Origin: Eledone cirrhosa | Lineage: Eukaryota | Direction of reading: 5' to 3' | Assembly (NCBI GenBank): GCA_964016885.1 | Contig: OZ024747.1 | Span: 67,890,001-67,954,000 of the forward strand | DNA length: 64,000 bases | Shown: positions 59,267 to 64,000 of the stretch, one piece after another | Layout of the letters: every line of letters starts with the position of its first letter | How positions within the stretch are numbered: position 1 is the stretch's first letter | Position numbers and translations under genes: made by a program | Notes under the pieces: model-generated | What the model was told of the DNA's origin: nothing | The model's database searches: none | The model's input: the letters and a program-made list of their open reading frames with translations, nothing else

Positions 59267-59307
59267 CGATGTACTAGTTTCAAGCTTGTTAGCTATCATC
59301 AGCACCG
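59267..59307 (-). ncRNA. Minimal type I hammerhead ribozyme motif
   Basis: CGGTG-CTGATGA-TAGCTAACAAGCTT-GAAA-CTAG-TA^CATCG. Confidence 0.82.
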
Positions 59308-59738
59308 TTTACCCATCTACCAGATAGTTGAACGTTCGAAAGTATATACTTTCCTTATGAAAATTAACGGCTGAGCAGCCTAATTTGCATATTGAGTGAG
59401 TTAAATCGGTCAGGCATACCGAAAACGATAAATTGAAACAAAATGAAAACGAAATTTCATTTCTCACTCTTAGTATGGCACTTACTTAAATGTAAGTATG
59501 CATGTATACGTACATACATATATGTATACAGACGTACAGTAGCATGCACATATATATATATATATACATATATATATACATATGCATACAGGTACACATA
59601 CATATATGCACGTATCAGTTTAGCGGCGCTTATTATAACCTCGCTTTGTTCGTTTGTAAACAAACTGAACAGCCTGAATTTATGCCATACGGTGTTAAGG
59701 AAACCACGTCACCTTTTTGTTCAACACTGACACAGGAA

Positions 59739-59779
59739 CGATGTACTAGTTTCAAGCTTGTTAGCTATCATCAGCACCG
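59739..59779 (-). ncRNA. Minimal type I hammerhead ribozyme motif (second copy)
   Basis: Identical to 59267-59307. Confidence 0.82.
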
Positions 59780-59943
59780 TTTACCCATCTGCCAGATAGT
59801 TGAACGTTCGAAAGTATATACTTTCCTTATGAAAATTAACGGCTGAGCAGCATATGTATATATATATGTATATATATATATATATGTGCATGCTACTGTA
59901 CGTCTGTATACATATATGTATGTACGTATACATGCATACTTAC

Positions 59944-60181
<238 letters not shown>

Positions 60182-60202
60182 GTATATATATAAATATATG
60201 TA

Positions 60203-60294
<92 letters not shown>

Positions 60295-60297
<3 letters not shown>

Positions 60298-60545
60298 TAT
60301 TCTATTTTTTCTAAGGCGGGTAAAATTCCTGAGATTCATGGACGAGTTCTCTCCAGCGGTCTCTGTCCCTCATTAACGCTGCCATATCCTGCATCTCCAA
60401 CAGACCAGTGTCTGTCCTTAGGGCATCAACATACGTTAACCTTGGTCTTCCTCTTCTAGTGTGTCCATGTAGGGGCTCCCAAAGGAGCACTGAGTGCAAT
60501 GTCAACTCTGGATGTCGGTGAGCATGTCCAGCTAACCTCAGCTAA
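60295..60545 (-). mobile_element. 3' fragment of an RTE-group LINE
   Basis: RLAGHAHRHPE...[23 protein letters not shown]...[11 protein letters not shown]. Confidence 0.75.
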
Positions 60546-60625
60546 CTATATATATGTATGTATGTATATATATATATAGGAACGGCTAATTCTGGACTAA
60601 AATCATATATATATATGTATGTATG

Positions 60626-60656
<31 letters not shown>

Positions 60657-61067
60657 GTAGATAAATCTACCAAGAGTTTACGGTAGTGTCCAATCCGTAT
60701 GAAGAACTCAATGTAATCCGGATATCATGGAAAGAAGAGATGCATTCAAAAATCACTTTCGGTGAAAGATAAACGGAATACAGAGTCAAGATAAAATATT
60801 TAAAAAATAATGAATAAAACAATGAAACAGTTCCTTATATTAAACAAAAAAAAAAAAATTATTATTATTTCTGAAGACGGCATATATATGTGTTGGTATG
60901 TATATTAAATTTGATAGTTTGTATAATTTTGTATAATTTTGTACATAAATCTGTTAAATATGCATGCCAATTCTAACACATATATGTCCTAGAAACGATC
61001 GTTAAATAATGAACTTTTTTTGTTTAATATAAGGAACTGTTTCATTGTTTTATTCATTATTTTTTTA

Positions 61068-61075
<8 letters not shown>
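60657..61075. repeat. Inverted pair of family A pLTR fragments
   Basis: 60657-60852 (-) covers the terminus. 60864-61075 (+) starts at hammerhead helix I and ends at AATATTTTAT. Confidence 0.9.
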
Positions 61076-61131
<56 letters not shown>

Positions 61132-61135
<4 letters not shown>

Positions 61136-61254
61136 TTCTAAAGAATGAAACAGTTCTAGTCCTGTAGAATCTCATCTATATTAAAACTTTTATACTCTGC
61201 AATGTATTGAGTACCTTACTTACTGTGGTTACCTCCGATTCAACCCGGAATAAC

Positions 61255-61258
<4 letters not shown>
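61132..61258 (+). repeat. Family D pLTR fragment truncated inside the hammerhead core
   Basis: Matches 52344-52471. Confidence 0.8.
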
Positions 61259-61309
<51 letters not shown>

Positions 61310-61400
61310 CGAAGGAAATGTGGTAAGGAACCAGGTGGACCATAACGCACCAAAGTACTCAATACTTGAGGTAGTAGAGTGGGTAATAGGAACCAGTAAG

Positions 61401-61494
61401 ACCCCGACAGCTGAGCTCAAGCCGTTTCGACGGCTAATTCTGGACTAAATGAACATTTATCCTGGTATTTAAATAGCCGATCTTCTCAAGGGGT
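61401..61494 (-). ncRNA. Hammerhead ribozyme motif, U3-A8 core (family B)
   Basis: ACCCC-TTGAGAA-GATCGGCTA...TAGCCGTC-GAAA-CGGCT(TGAGCTC)AGCTG-TC^GGGGT. Confidence 0.85.
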
Positions 61495-62297
61495 AATTCC
61501 ATATATGGTCAAAGTGATTGTCAAAAATCAGTAGTAATTCTGTGGTTGCAGATTAGTAGGGGAGATGGTGGCTAAACCTGCCAGTAGGAGAAAGAGGGGA
61601 GGGGGTGGAGTAGACCCAATCAAGCGTTGGTAGTGCCAGCTACAGCTGGGCATGAGGTCAAAGAAGATACAGGGGAGGGGGAGGGGGAGGAAGTCGGAAC
61701 GGTAGGTAGAACAATGGGGGGTAAAAATAGGAAAGAAAAAATACTGAGTGAAGAAAAGCAAATAAGTGTAAAGAAAAAATTAAATTCTACGACCTAGGTG
61801 TCAGGCTATTGTTAGGCGAGAATAAAATAAAGAAAGAAAGAAAGAAGTAAATAAATAAATAAATAAATAAATAAGGAAATAAGTAAAAGAACTAGGTGGG
61901 ACGAATTAGGCAAGGACCCTTTTAAGAGGTATAAGTACGTAAATGATACGGTGACTGGTCAACAAAAGGGGCCAAAATACTAAAGAGACTACCACGAAAT
62001 AAACAATAAAGGTTTCCATCCCGGGCCAGCAACGACCCAGTGCAGCAAAGTGAACTTGTACGACATAATAATTCTGAGTCCCGGGAAAAATATATACTAA
62101 TGCTAACTCTAAAAGATCTAAAACAAGCTACAAGAAAGTTCGTACGAAATAAAGGTAGAATACGGAGAAATAAGTTCAGAATCCACCCCGCCCAAAAGAA
62201 AAGCGAAGCAAGAAATACTGAAACGAAAAAATAAGGCATAAGTGCCACTAAGTACTCAATACTTGAGGTAGTAGAGTGGGTAATAGGAACCAGTAAG

Positions 62298-62391
62298 ACC
62301 CCGACAGCTGAGCTCAAGCCGTTTCGACGGCTAATTCTGGACTAAATGAACATTTATCCTGGTATTTAAATAGCCGATCTTCTCAAGGGGT
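62298..62391 (-). ncRNA. Hammerhead ribozyme motif, U3-A8 core (family B, copy 2)
   Basis: Identical to 61401-61494. Confidence 0.85.
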
Positions 62392-62521
62392 AATTCCATA
62401 TATGGTCAAAGTGATTGTCAAAAATTCCATATATGGTCAAAGTGATTGTCAAAAATAAGGCATAAGTGCCACTAAGTACTCAATACTTGAGGTAGTAGAG
62501 TGGGTAATAGGAACCAGTAAG

Positions 62522-62615
62522 ACCCCGACAGCTGAGCTCAAGCCGTTTCGACGGCTAATTCTGGACTAAATGAACATTTATCCTGGTATTTAAATAGCCG
62601 ATCTTTTCAAGGGGT
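62522..62615 (-). ncRNA. Hammerhead ribozyme motif, U3-A8 core (family B, copy 3)
   Basis: Core reads TTGAAAA, differing only at the free N7 position. Confidence 0.85.
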
Positions 62616-62753
62616 AATTCCATATATGGTCAAAGTGATTGTCAAAAATTCCATATATGGTCAAAGTGATTGTCAAAAATAAGGCATAAGTGCCACTAAG
62701 TACTCAATACTTGAGGTAGTAGAGTGGGTAATAGGAACCAGTAAGACCCCGAC

Positions 62754-63722
62754 CTCGACCTCGAAAACGACCTGTACTACCCATACAGGAAACCTAATGA
62801 CAATCTGCACTACATCCACCGCCGATCAAACCATCCTAGGAACATCACAAACAACCTGGTCAAAAACATCTCCCTCCGCATATCCCGTTTGTCAGCTAAT
62901 GAGCGGATATTCGATGAACATGCGCCTTATTACAACCAGGCCCTCAAGCGGAGTGGTTTCCGGGAGGAAATATCCTACTGTCCAGATCCCATTAGCGGAA
63001 CCAGCAGGAGACACCGCCGCTCACGCAATGTAACATGGTTCAATCCTCCCCACAACGCAGAGGTGACTACTCCCATCGGGAAACTATTCTTTAGGCTCAT
63101 TGAAAAACACTTCCCATTACAACACCGCTACCACAACATAATTAACAAAAATACCATCAAACTCTCTTACAGCACTACACCAAACTTCGCACAAAACATC
63201 GTCTCCTCTAACAACAAAAAACTCAACCCCGATGGCAGAAATAACCTAAATAGCAGTGGAGAACCGACCAGGAGGTGTAACTGCCCGGATAGATCTATTT
63301 GCCCACTCGACAATAGATGCAGAGACCGTAATGTGATCTACCAGTGCAACGTGAGGACGGATACCTCCAACAAAGCCTATATAGGACTTACCGCATGTGA
63401 CTTCAAGACCCGGCTATACCAACATAGACATACCTTCCGAAACCCGGCCCGGCGTCACGCCACTACACTTTCGGGCCACATATGGGACCTCAAGGACAAC
63501 AACATTACCTATGATCTCACTTGGAGATTACTGTCCAGAGCCAATTCTTACACGGGAGGACGCCGTCCGTGCAATTTATGCTCGGAGGAAACTTTACAAA
63601 TGCTGTTTTCGACGGACCAACTCCTAAACAAGAAAGATGAACTGGTTACTGCATGTAAACATAGATTGCGTAGGACTTACCTCGCCCTCAAACCCCATAA
63701 TGACCCGGGGGGGGTAGACTAG
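62754..63722 (+). pseudogene. 5'-truncated PLE family B ORF (RT thumb plus GIY-YIG, Naiad-like); 3' UTR continues off the window end
   Basis: The frame is open from 62754: LDLENDLYYPYRKPNDNLHYIHRRSNHP...VTWFNPP...CNCPDRSICPLDNRC...VIYQC...YIGLT...CNLC...LLNKKDE. Confidence 0.9.
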
Positions 63723-64000
63723 GGCTATAACACCCCAGTTGCCGATTTTGCAATGGGTAACCCCTGCTTGCCAAGGAAGACGTAAGATCTTCTTTGTATT
63801 CTTTTATCGCATCCTTTATTTCCTTCCCCCCTCTCTCCTTTGTCCTTCTACCCCAGCTCTTCTCCTTTGTCGGCGTCTTTTCTCGCCCACCCGAGGATGC
63901 CCTTTGGCCCCATGTAGCCTTAGTACCCCCACTCCCCCCTCCCCTAGTCTTTGATAGATTTGGCGGACTCCGCCCTTTATAGCAGTTGGCTTAGACCCCG

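Larger units (their letters stand above)
61308..62753 (-). mobile_element. Inverted 3' region of PLE family B: terminal pLTR, UTR and a 224-bp tandem array
   Basis: pLTR at 61308-61528. Tandem units start at 62227, 62451 and 62675. Confidence 0.85.

Noticed and set aside
59325-59355. Second hammerhead around the palindrome GAAAGTATATACTTTC
   Set aside because: No CUGANGA or UUGANAA box or helix I at a suitable distance on either strand.
62227-62753. CRISPR-like repeat array
   Set aside because: The units are full tandem duplications with no unique spacers, the context is eukaryotic, and there are no cas genes.

Overview
This is eukaryotic (animal) repeat-saturated DNA with no confidently identifiable host gene. 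The SINE/LINE tails and the very large TA, TACA and TACC microsatellites are consistent with an octopod cephalopod, which is an inference. Nearly all long ORFs in the track are translation artefacts of microsatellites. Real coding sequence is all transposon-derived: two families of Penelope-like elements (RT plus C-terminal GIY-YIG with a CxCx5C linker, Naiad-like), an R4/Dong-clade LINE with one nonsense codon, a broken RTE LINE with three C-terminal C2H2 fingers, three Tx1/L1-clade copies (one with an intact ORF2), a deleted mariner, plus SINEs and a MITE. The main discovery is non-coding. About ten apparently unrelated repeat families here carry type I hammerhead ribozyme motifs (about 20 copies, found and paired by eye). 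Three of these families use the compensatory U3-A8 core (UUGANAA instead of CUGANGA). Several form ORF-less tandem or terminally redundant units of 224, 472 and 593 bp that resemble retrozymes. Two rearrangement junctions fall on the predicted ribozyme cleavage site. Many insertions are stereotyped asymmetric palindromes with the axis just 5' of the ribozyme core, embedded in (TA)n. All structures were paired manually; no folding program or database search was run.
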